Virus record (IMG/VR): IMGVR_UViG_3300028571_000020
Source: an uncultured virus (IMG/VR IMGVR_UViG_3300028571_000020)
Lineage: Duplodnaviria; Heunggongvirae; Uroviricota; Caudoviricetes
Direction: 5' to 3' (one strand)
Length of the DNA: 64,000 bases
Shown: positions 37,333 to 47,000 of the stretch, one piece after another
Layout: every line of letters begins with the position of its first letter
Numbering within the stretch: the first letter of the stretch is position 1
Notes under the pieces: generated by a model
Told to the model about the DNA's origin: nothing
The model's database searches: none
The model's input: the letters and a program-made list of their open reading frames with translations, nothing else
Translations under genes and position numbers: made by a program

Positions 37333-38952
37333 TCAGAGGAGCATCTTACCGCTGTCAAGGTAGTTGGTGAAAATGGATTCGCCATCGAGCCTTGCCCGAA
37401 CGAGGGACAGGTTGGGCCACATGGCTTTCAACATCAGCCCAGAAGCAGCCCAGTCAAAGTCAAGAGTGGCACCCGTGAATATGGAATAACGGATGGCTAC
37501 AGTGACGGTCATATTGGGAACCCAGTCACCCATCTCAACCTTGAACGCCCCAGCGCCATCGTTGGTCCTCCGTGCGGTAACGTGGATGGCGTCCACGTCC
37601 ACGCTATTCGAGGTGGAGATAGCAATCATCTGTACGACGTTAGCAGCACCAAGAGTAAAGACCTGCTTTACTCCATCGCCAACCACCACGACCAACTCAA
37701 GCCCGGCTTCCGAAGGACGGACAAGCGTGCGCCAACTGAGGCGAGGTCGGTACCTAATGACAACAGGAGCAGAGGCGTAGGCTGATAGGAAGGTGACCGT
37801 CCCCGTTGCTGTGTCGACAGTGAAGTCCGTTGGCGGGATTTCAGCCTTCGTCACGGAGGAAAACACAGAAACATCAGACGTTATCTCTGTGTTCAGGAGT
37901 ACAGCATACGGACTGAATGACGGCACAACAACGGATTTCTCCGTTGGAGGGGCACAGTCAAGCGGTGGTCGACATGGCGTCCATAGATGAACACGACCAG
38001 AATCGTATGCCTTCATCTCAGTGAAGACACCATTCCAGTCGAGTCCTCCTTCGGCCATTCTCCAGAACAAGAACTGGTCACGATTGATCTGCAGCCGGGA
38101 GAGAACGTCATTCTTAGCGATCGAACGTGCAGCGATGAGAGACCTACCGGAAGCGTCAAACTCCTCGATGTAGATGACACATTCATCTGGTGGCGCGTAG
38201 TCCGCAACCATTGGTGACGACACCACATCGATGGCCACTGGGCCACGAATGAATGAACGTGTATCCGTGTGAGGCAGGTTCAGGATACCAGACTGGTAGG
38301 CTGCCTTCGCGGAGAAGATGAATGGTGTGCCAGTTGGGCAGTTGGGCAAACCACCAGTCTCACGAACCTTCAACCCATAGGTCATCACACCGGGAACTTC
38401 AGACAGAAGAGTTGCTCTGTCGACGTGATAAGTCGCACCGAATACGGTGAACGTGTCACCCGGCAGTACTAGAAAAGGAGAGTCAACCTCAACCTCTGGT
38501 GACCCAAGACCACCGTTACCTGCAGGTACCTCAACCACGGGCAACGCAATGAAAGCAGCAATGGACACATCAGTATCCGCTGCATGACTACCGTCTACTC
38601 GCCTGTCAAGGCTGAGCAGCATGTTGCCGTCCTGCACAGACACAGCCAGCACAATGGCCTTCTCCAGCGATTCGAAACTGACGATCGTTGTGTTGGCTTT
38701 GACCCAAGGGAGGAGGCGTGTACCAGAAACGAGGGCTGAGTTCGAACCCGCTGTGGCTGCTTCAGCCAGTTTCGCTGTCATCTGTGGGGTCAGAAGGGGG
38801 AATGGGTAACCAGAGCGCTGCATGAAGCGCGTCTTGCCTGTCATTGCTGGGTCAATGAAGTGTGAGAGGCCACGGTGTGCAGTTGCCACGGTGGCGTGGA
38901 TTGGCGCCGCTTGGTTGAGGGCATCATTGACCCGTGACGAAAATCCGCTCAT
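37333..38952 (-). CDS. Putative virion structural protein
   Basis: 539 aa, DFTVDTATGTVTFLSA...VVIRY segment; first gene of the minus-strand structural operon. Confidence 0.6.
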   Translation of the reverse strand: MSGFSSRVNDALNQAAPIHATVATAHRGLSHFIDPAMTGKTRFMQRSGYPFPLLTPQMTAKLAEAATAGSNSALVSGTRLLPWVKANTTIVSFESLEKAIVLAVSVQDGNMLLSLDRRVDGSHAADTDVSIAAFIALPVVEVPAGNGGLGSPEVEVDSPFLVLPGDTFTVFGATYHVDRATLLSEVPGVMTYGLKVRETGGLPNCPTGTPFIFSAKAAYQSGILNLPHTDTRSFIRGPVAIDVVSSPMVADYAPPDECVIYIEEFDASGRSLIAARSIAKNDVLSRLQINRDQFLFWRMAEGGLDWNGVFTEMKAYDSGRVHLWTPCRPPLDCAPPTEKSVVVPSFSPYAVLLNTEITSDVSVFSSVTKAEIPPTDFTVDTATGTVTFLSAYASAPVVIRYRPRLSWRTLVRPSEAGLELVVVVGDGVKQVFTLGAANVVQMIAISTSNSVDVDAIHVTARRTNDGAGAFKVEMGDWVPNMTVTVAIRYSIFTGATLDFDWAASGLMLKAMWPNLSLVRARLDGESIFTNYLDSGKMLL

Positions 38953-39025
38953 GGGTAGAGGATGCCCTCTACCCTTGGTAAGCCGCTCCCATCTTCACTT
39001 CCATGCATAGGAGGCATCCTGTTGC

Positions 39026-40297
39026 ATGAGCGATACCTTCACAACAGATTTGTCTGATGCACTGGACTTGACGTCCAGTGAGGTAGACGCCTTTCCAGCT
39101 GACCACAGAGTCACCGTCCCCATCGCTGAGAACATCACGGAGGCGATGGAGAATGCCCCACTTGGTTCTCTGTATGACATCGTCTATGCCGCCTTGGCCA
39201 GAAGGCTGAAAAAGGTCCTTGAGCCCGAGTCATCTCTTGGTGGCTTGATGTCCAGAACCTTCGTCTCCACTGTTCAGTTCAGGGCAGTGAACCCCAGCTA
39301 CTCCAACGAGCTATCCAACTCGAATGCTGCAGCCGCCTCTAACTCAGGTGCCGGATCGTACCGTTCTAAGGTTTGGGGTCCGTCTCCCAACGAGAAGATT
39401 CCATTCACGCTCCCAGACCCAGTCGCCACTGTGCCATACGCTATGGGTGCAGACCCCGGCAGCGAGCAGAATAAGGGCTTGTTCGTAGCGAAGTTGTACG
39501 CTGACCTGCAGCAGCACCTGCCTCTTGTTCTGTTCAACGTGACCGCCAAAGAGTACGTGCCGATCGGCATCGGCGGTTCGTCCTATGGCAGGCGGTACTG
39601 GCAGGGCGGCAATGTCATCACAGAGGTAGTCTACCGGGCCAACTTGACGGTCGAAGCCACATGCACAACAGAGTCAGACAGCGACACGTCTAGACTCCAG
39701 TCTCTGGTGGAGGCCACCTTTGGCCCCATGCGAGACCACATTGACACAGGCGCTGTGGTGAATGGCAGGACATGGCAGCTGTGTCTTCCACTGACGCTGA
39801 GCCCTTCGGCCATCACCGAGACCGACGCCCCTTGGTCACAGGGTGACGATAAGGGTGCAAAGCTCTACACGGCAACTGTAGAACTGATGAATCTTTCGTT
39901 TGAATGTGTGACAACAATCTCGAAGCCCATGCGTCTTCAGATAAGCGACAACGCTGTTGAAGCCGGGTCGATGGATGCAGCGTCATTCTCCATACCCGGA
40001 GAGACGGGTGACTTCACTGCTCCACTCAGGCTCAAGCTTGGGCAGAAGCAGCGGCTTATTGTCAATGGAATGCCAATAACGGCTGACATTGCCATCTCTC
40101 AGAGCAAGCGTGTGATCGAGCTTAGGCTGCCGCGCGACAACAACGGCACCTATGAAATCGTCCCAAAGAGGACCGGCGAAGCAATACTTCGGGTGTATGA
40201 CACTCACATGAGCACTTCACTCTCTAACCCTAACCCTCCAGTTGGGAGAGTGGCCTCACCACTGTTCGAGCGTAGGGTAGTTGTAACCGCTGTGTGA
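39026..40297 (+). CDS. Putative neck/tail-completion protein
   Basis: Directly upstream of the sheath-like gene; assignment mostly by context. Confidence 0.45.
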   Translation: MSDTFTTDLSDALDLTSSEVDAFPADHRVTVPIAENITEAMENAPLGSLYDIVYAALARRLKKVLEPESSLGGLMSRTFVSTVQFRAVNPSYSNELSNSNAAAASNSGAGSYRSKVWGPSPNEKIPFTLPDPVATVPYAMGADPGSEQNKGLFVAKLYADLQQHLPLVLFNVTAKEYVPIGIGGSSYGRRYWQGGNVITEVVYRANLTVEATCTTESDSDTSRLQSLVEATFGPMRDHIDTGAVVNGRTWQLCLPLTLSPSAITETDAPWSQGDDKGAKLYTATVELMNLSFECVTTISKPMRLQISDNAVEAGSMDAASFSIPGETGDFTAPLRLKLGQKQRLIVNGMPITADIAISQSKRVIELRLPRDNNGTYEIVPKRTGEAILRVYDTHMSTSLSNPNPPVGRVASPLFERRVVVTAV

Positions 40298-40329
40298 ATC
40301 ACACACCTATTTGAACGCAGGAGTTTTTC

Positions 40330-43300
40330 ATGGTTGAACGTGGTCGTCTCCCCGGAGCAGTGATTGGTCAGATTTTCCGTGCTGATGGAGGGCTTACTCG
40401 TGAGTTCCCCCGTCGGGCTGGTATCATCGCCAAGGCTCTGGACATCCGTTTGTTCCGTGATGCGGGAATCACGCGTGGCCTTGTTGTAGGGGAACAGCTT
40501 CCCTTCAGTGGTGTCACGTACACTGCTCCTCTGTCGAGCCCTGCGATCCCTGATAAGGCTCGCGCTCGTCTCTACATGAGTGACGGTCGAAGCGTTACAG
40601 TATCTCGCTGGAACTTCTCGGAGTCCACGCCGGGTTCCAACGTCTTCGACCAAATCACGATTGACCCTGCTATCTTCAGCAGCGTGACGAGCTACTCCTT
40701 CGACTACGTCGCCAACGACCCCGACCTTGTTGATGAGATCCCTGTCGACGACCTTCGCGAAATCCTTGCAGTTGGTGATGGTCGGTCTCAGGTCAAGTAC
40801 CGTGAAGGCACCGACTTCTACTTGCCCACTACGGTGACTGGTCCTACCGCAGGAACGTCGAATGCTTTCGGCGCGACTCGTGGTGTGTCCGTAGTTTCCG
40901 TTCACCCATCCAACTCAGTAACTGGCGACAACACAGCGCCCAACCCCATCATCTCGTTCAACAGCAGTGCCTACTCGCATGACTACAACCGTCACTACGA
41001 GATCGAAGTCATCTCGGCAAGTGGTGCCCCCGCTGCTCGTGTTGCCGTCCTCGAAGTTCGCGCACTACCAACCTCTGCTGGTAACGCAGTGTCCTTGCCA
41101 CGCGATCTCGACATCGAGAATGGCATCACCATCAGCTTGGTTGAGGCAACACCAGCCACGCTGACCGGCATCGCTACGGAGTTTGGAGTTACCCTCAACT
41201 TCGCCTTCGGCGCAGCGGGCAACTTCGTCCCCGGAGACAAGTACGCGTATGACGGTCTTGGCCTCGGTGTCATTGAGCCAGATGCCAAGATGCTGAATAC
41301 CAATCAGTTCGCAGCAGTCTCGGCTGTCGCTGCGGTTGGTGCTCTGGCTGGTGAAGCAACCATCACCACCAATGCCCAGTCTCTGTTCACGGGGTCTGAC
41401 AACCAGACCTACGAGATTGAGTGCACGGCTGCCGGTGGTGTCACTCCGAACCGCACCGCGACACTTCGTTGGCGTTCAAACCCCAGCCTGAAGAAGCTTA
41501 CCGGAACTGTCACGGCAACGCTTAGCTCCGCGTCACTCGTGGGTATCGGGTCTGCCTTCCTGTCCGAATTGACTGTTGGTGACAAGCTGCTCGTCGACAA
41601 CAATGGCTTCGTTGTTCAGGTCCTGTCCGTGACGAACAACAATCTGGCGACACTGACCGCTGTGTCTCCTTTCGCCACCACCACCAGCGTTCCTTGCCTG
41701 CGTTACCGTCAGCGCTCTTCGACGATCAACATCGCCGAAGCAAGCCTCACACGACTGGCGCTTGACTCTGGTATCCTCTTCGACGTGTCGCTCGGTAGCG
41801 CACTTCCCGGTGATAACTTCACCATCGGTGATACGTTCACCCTGACGGCAAGCCCAGCGCGTATCGTCTACAACGGCAAGGAGAACCGCTCCTACGACAT
41901 GACTGTGACGTCCGCGACAGGGCCTCACCAGACGACAGTTTCGTTCTCTGGTTCCACACCAGCGGCGACGTTTGGTAGCGTCATCATGAGTGAGGGAAAC
42001 CCGCTTGTTCTTCCGAACAACGCTGTGTTCCACGCACGCAACACGTCTGGCGCACCAAGGTACTCCATCTCCCCAGCTGGCGACACCTTCGATGTTGCTA
42101 TGACGCCCGATGGTACAATCGATTGGACCCTTGAGAAGGAAGTGACTGAGGTCATTTCAACCTCAAGCCTACTGCGTGACCTGACCGGTTCGCGCACTGG
42201 TACCGTCGGTGCCTTCTATGTGCTGTTGAACAAGGTCCCAACCTCGGTCACGTACGTTCGTGGGCCTTCGCCTACGTTCGCTGACTTGGCATTCAACGTT
42301 GTTTCTGGAACAACGATTGTGTGGTTCACCACCAATCCTACCGTGAACATGACAATCAAGTACCGCACGGCTGGTCTCGAACCATCGCCCGGTGCCACGT
42401 ACTACATGACCGGCTACTACAAGCGCCCTGACACCGACTACAGCATGCCACAGACTTTCGCTAGCCGCAGCGAAGCTGTTGACTTCCTTGCGCCAATGAC
42501 CATCACCAATGATGCCGCCATTGCGAATGAAATCGCTTGGGATCAGGACGAACTCAGCCTGCCCGGTGTTGTGGTTGTGTTGGTCAAGGACAGCGATGGT
42601 GACGGACAGTACGTGCCTGCTGACTACGCAGATGCCATTCGTGTCTCGCAGGAGATGGAAGCAACGACTGACTTCACCGTCGTCAATCAGTTCGCAGCCC
42701 GCGAAGAGTTCCGCGATTCCATCGTCAACAGCAATGACCCGACGATTGCGCGTCGCCGCATCGGTTACAACGGGTTCCCAACCAACTACCCCATCGGTGA
42801 TGAATTCACGGCTGGTAGCCGCATCTACACTGCTCGTCGTGAGCTTCAGGTGTTTGAGGAAACGGTTGCTCGCGGTTCAATCGCCTGCATCGGTAACTCC
42901 TTCGCCAAGAAGACCATCCGTGTTGACTCCTTGGGCGATGGTTCAGTTGACTCCATCCCAACTCAAGTGACGCTTGACGGTTCCTTCCTCGCAGTTGGTC
43001 TGGCAGCCCGTGTGTCGAGCTTCAGCGAGCCTTGGATGACCGTCTACAACCTGCCGATGTCTGGCTTCGATGATATTGAAGTCCTGACGAAGACGCAGAT
43101 GATTGCTCTTCAGGACGCAGGTATCATCTGCCTGAACGTCGAAGATGGAACTGCAACGTACGTTGGTACGATGACCACGGATGAAACCGAACCCAGCACC
43201 GAACAGCTGAGCGGAACCGTGCAGCGTCAGTATGTTCTGAACCGCCTGCAGGCTGCAGTCAACAAGCGCGTCATCGGTATGGTTGCTGATACCCCCGAAG

Positions 43301-43536
43301 AGGCCGCTTCGTACCTACAGAGCGAGATTGTTTCCGAACTGGGTTCCATGATCAGCGAAGGAAAGATCGGTCGCTACACGGACGAGAACGGTGCTGCTCG
43401 TGAGCTTGACGTCACCAAGGATGTCACGGCAGTTCGTGACCGTCGTGACCCAACCAAGTCGTACTTCCGCTGCGGTTGGAACAACAAGTACGCCACCCTG
43501 TACGTCGATGGTCTGGTTTCTGTTGACGGCATCTGA
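40330..43536 (+). CDS. Probable contractile tail sheath protein with large insertions
   Basis: AGGAG RBS; N-terminal LPGAVI; C-terminal LDGSFLAVGLAA...LQDAGIICL...QRQYVLNRLQAAVNKRVIG pattern typical of sheath C-termini; followed by a strong terminator. Confidence 0.75.
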   Translation: MVERGRLPGAVIGQIFRADGGLTREFPRRAGIIAKALDIRLFRDAGITRGLVVGEQLPFSGVTYTAPLSSPAIPDKARARLYMSDGRSVTVSRWNFSESTPGSNVFDQITIDPAIFSSVTSYSFDYVANDPDLVDEIPVDDLREILAVGDGRSQVKYREGTDFYLPTTVTGPTAGTSNAFGATRGVSVVSVHPSNSVTGDNTAPNPIISFNSSAYSHDYNRHYEIEVISASGAPAARVAVLEVRALPTSAGNAVSLPRDLDIENGITISLVEATPATLTGIATEFGVTLNFAFGAAGNFVPGDKYAYDGLGLGVIEPDAKMLNTNQFAAVSAVAAVGALAGEATITTNAQSLFTGSDNQTYEIECTAAGGVTPNRTATLRWRSNPSLKKLTGTVTATLSSASLVGIGSAFLSELTVGDKLLVDNNGFVVQVLSVTNNNLATLTAVSPFATTTSVPCLRYRQRSSTINIAEASLTRLALDSGILFDVSLGSALPGDNFTIGDTFTLTASPARIVYNGKENRSYDMTVTSATGPHQTTVSFSGSTPAATFGSVIMSEGNPLVLPNNAVFHARNTSGAPRYSISPAGDTFDVAMTPDGTIDWTLEKEVTEVISTSSLLRDLTGSRTGTVGAFYVLLNKVPTSVTYVRGPSPTFADLAFNVVSGTTIVWFTTNPTVNMTIKYRTAGLEPSPGATYYMTGYYKRPDTDYSMPQTFASRSEAVDFLAPMTITNDAAIANEIAWDQDELSLPGVVVVLVKDSDGDGQYVPADYADAIRVSQEMEATTDFTVVNQFAAREEFRDSIVNSNDPTIARRRIGYNGFPTNYPIGDEFTAGSRIYTARRELQVFEETVARGSIACIGNSFAKKTIRVDSLGDGSVDSIPTQVTLDGSFLAVGLAARVSSFSEPWMTVYNLPMSGFDDIEVLTKTQMIALQDAGIICLNVEDGTATYVGTMTTDETEPSTEQLSGTVQRQYVLNRLQAAVNKRVIGMVADTPEEAASYLQSEIVSELGSMISEGKIGRYTDENGAARELDVTKDVTAVRDRRDPTKSYFRCGWNNKYATLYVDGLVSVDGI

Positions 43537-43554
43537 CGCGTACTGAATAGTAGA

Positions 43555-43588
43555 GAAGAAACCCGGAGTTCTCCGGGTTTCTTCGTTT
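43555..43588 (+). terminator. Intrinsic terminator
   Basis: GAAGAAACCCGGA-GTTC-TCCGGGTTTCTTC followed by GTTT. Confidence 0.85.
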
Positions 43589-43598
43589 GGAGCACGCA

Positions 43599-44033
43599 AT
43601 GAATGTCGAGAGAATCGAAGCCATAAGCCGAGAAGCACACACCATTTGGCGTAGCTGGAAGTACGATCAGGGTTGGCGGCTTGGGCCGGACGCGCCAGCT
43701 TCGATGTTGTCTCCTCTCATGAGTGAGAGCTACGACCATCTGGATGATGCTAGCAAGCAGTGGTTCCGTCAGATGACAGCTGTCATTCTGGGGGCTATCA
43801 ACCGAACTGTCCCAGCGTCTGAACCACTGCCGGATTCAAGGTCACTCGTGGCCTCGGTGCTCTTAAAGCTGGAGGAGAAGGACTACGATAACGCAGATGT
43901 CACCTCCCTTCTCGAATTGGCGTCTGCATCGCTGCCGAGTGAGAAGCTGCACACGGCACATAAGCTGGCGAAGTATGGGCCTTGGGATAGGAAGAGGTTG
44001 ATGCGTATCCTACAGATATTCATGGACGAGTGA
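43599..44033 (+). CDS. RyR-repeat-like domain protein
   Basis: EAHTIWRSWKYDQGWRLGP...SPLMSESYDHLDDASKQWFR; GGAG RBS. Confidence 0.7.
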   Translation: MNVERIEAISREAHTIWRSWKYDQGWRLGPDAPASMLSPLMSESYDHLDDASKQWFRQMTAVILGAINRTVPASEPLPDSRSLVASVLLKLEEKDYDNADVTSLLELASASLPSEKLHTAHKLAKYGPWDRKRLMRILQIFMDE

Positions 44034-44046
44034 ACACTCTATATGC

Positions 44047-47000
44047 ATGAGCATCACAATCAGCGCTGGCGTCATATACAACCCCGAAGACCCACAGCAC
44101 CGGTCCATGCTGGCAAAGGCCCTCAAGGACAAGCTGGGGGCCGCTGGGTTCAAGCTGTCGACTGATAGGTCACGCGACCCCGGTCGTACTTACGGCCAAG
44201 GCTACAAGGGCGCTGAGGAGGTCTGGGTATTCCAGCACAAGGATGACGCTGGCCTCGAAGTGCAGGTCTTCACATCGATCGTGACAAACGGCGAGGTTCG
44301 CTCCAAGGGAGCAGACGCCATTCGTGTCTGTCTTGTGTACAAAAACAAGGCGAAGCAGACGGGTACTGAGAACCCTGACGCCCGTCAATACGATGTTGGT
44401 TCAGGTTGCCGCGTGTATCGGTCTGGTGATATTGACCAGATCGTCGAGCGCACTGTTGAGCGGGCGAGGGAGATGTACCGTCTGGCAACTGCTACCGACA
44501 AGTGCCGCTACTGCAATGCTCCCATGGTGAAATCCAAGCAGGGCAAGATGTTCTGCTCTGAGACTTGCTGGCTGAAGAAGCCAACGATGTCCTCCTTCAT
44601 TGACGCGGCGTCCATTGGTAAGCACCCAGACCTGTTCTCAGAGCAGGACTCAGACATCATTGGCGATTGGCGCGACTTGTCGGAAGCGGACCTCCTCGAC
44701 GCCGCCAAGAACGGTCTGCTGTCATCAGACGACATCGAAGAGATTCAAGGTCTATGGAGTGAAAACGCAGACACGGTTGTCGAGCAGGAAGGTCTCAGCC
44801 AAGAGTTGGCTGAAGCCATCGTGAGGGAGCCTGAGGTCAAGAGCCTCGGTTGGAAACTCAACAGCCTCAATGAGGACTTCCAAGAGGAAGCACAGGCGAA
44901 GCGAATCAAGCCTTTCATTGACTACTGGAAATCAGAAGGTGAGTTCGCTCTGGAGAGCGAAACGTCTGGCGATGGTCTTGAGAACTACGTGGACTACTTC
45001 CAGCAGAAGATGGAAAGAGGTAGCTCCACATTGTTGACTGATAAGTACATCGAGGAAGTCAGGAAAGAACTCAATACACAGTACGACCAAGCGAGTTTGG
45101 TGACCACTGAAATGCTCAAAGAGGCGCTGGCCGATACAGATATCTACACAGCAACTATACACAAAGACGGCTATAGCGGCGGCTTTGACAAGTACCTAAT
45201 CGGTGCTGTTGAAACATCCAACGGAAATGCTTCAGAAGAGTTGAAGGAAGTAATGGCAAGCATGACTGCCGATGACTTCAAGAAGGCCATCAGCGAACTG
45301 GAAGGTGAATCGCCGTACATCCGACTGTCACTCCGTGGCAAGCCGCAAACAGCTGCGGAGTACGTTAAGGCTTTCACAGATTATGAGGTGACTATCAGGA
45401 TTACCGAGTCCGAAGACTGGTGGATTTCTTTCGATCCAAACTACGACAAGCTGATCAAACTCCTGCAGCCTTCTGTCAACGAAGTTGAGCCAGAAGGGGC
45501 CGAGGACAAGATCGTTCACACCTACTCAGGTACGAATGACACCGTCGCTGGTGCATCGTCAAAAGGCATGTATGTTGTCGCGCTTCGAGTTGGGCAGCTG
45601 AAGGAAGAAGGCAAGAACCTTGGCATCTGCATTGGTCGTGACGATATGCCGTACTGCCGCCAACTGAGGGACGGTGAGATTCGTGTCTACTCGATCCGAA
45701 CTTCATCCGGCAAGCCGAAGTTCACGATTGAAGAAGACGTCGAAGGTCCAGTCATCTCACAGGTGAAAGGCAACTCAAACCGCACTCCGGGCTTCGCTGC
45801 TGACACGTCATCATTCACCAAGGCTGACGAGGTCAGGTTGGTGACCGAGTTCCTGATGACGCTTGGGTACTCTCCAGAACAGATTGAGAAGATTCGGGAT
45901 ATGGCCCCCGGCATCAGAGCCTTTAAGGATTCAGGTCAGGACCCTTTCGCCCCACCTGTCATCAAGAAGCGTGGTTCACAGGAAGGCATTGCTGCAAGCT
46001 TCGATATGCCGATGCTTGCGAGCCCCGCTGTCTTGAAGCTACTCGGTCAAGTTCGCCCATGGGGTGATGAACTCATCGTCAGTGCAGACGCGGAGCAGGA
46101 TGCCCGCATCCAGCCTCTGGTAGACATGTTCAAGAACATCGCCAAATACCATCTGGAATACGTATCGACTGGTGATGGAAGCGAGCACCACCTAGACGAT
46201 TTCATCAGAGAACTGGAAGGAGATGGAAGGCTAGGAGACATGTCCATGGCTGAAACTCGCCAACTACTCAGAGACCGCTACGGTCTTGCAGATGGTGGTG
46301 ACCCGACAGCACATGCTGCTGAGGAAGAGTTCGACAACAGCAGACTCAATGAGATTGACGACGATACACTGAAAGAGCTTCTGTCGGACTCCGACCTTTA
46401 CGACGCTGTCCTCGCCCCGTTCAATGGTTACACGGTCAGATACGGTTCGTTTCATACACATGCCTTCTCTGAAGACATGTCAGACTTTCCTGAGGGGAAC
46501 GAAGAGATGATGGGCGCGTTGTCTTCTTTTGAAGGAGAAGAAGACTACAAAGCATTCATCAAGCGATTGCACGACAACCAACCATTCATCGATATACCGG
46601 ACGCCAAGACATTCAATGACCTCTATGGTGATGTTGAGAATAGTAACAGCATTGAGGTCAAAATAGATGGCTCAGGATATGCAGCAGAATATTGGTTGAA
46701 TCTGCCCAAAGCATTCACAGTTCTGCGTACTCATCTTGGTATTATAGCCCAAAAAGATACTGAAAGGGTTGCGAAGGAAGCTGCCGAAGCTGTTGATGCT
46801 GTCGACTACTCCAAGAATGAAGTAGTCGTGACCATCACCAAAGAGCAGGTGAAGGACTGGGGTATCACCAAAGGCACCATGCTGGAGGAAGCTCCATGGA
46901 AAATCATCAAGCTCAGACCTTCACAGCTGAAGGAGGAAGGCAAGGTGATGAAGATCTGCGTGGGTCAAGAGAACATGCGGTACAAGGAAGCCCTCAAAGA

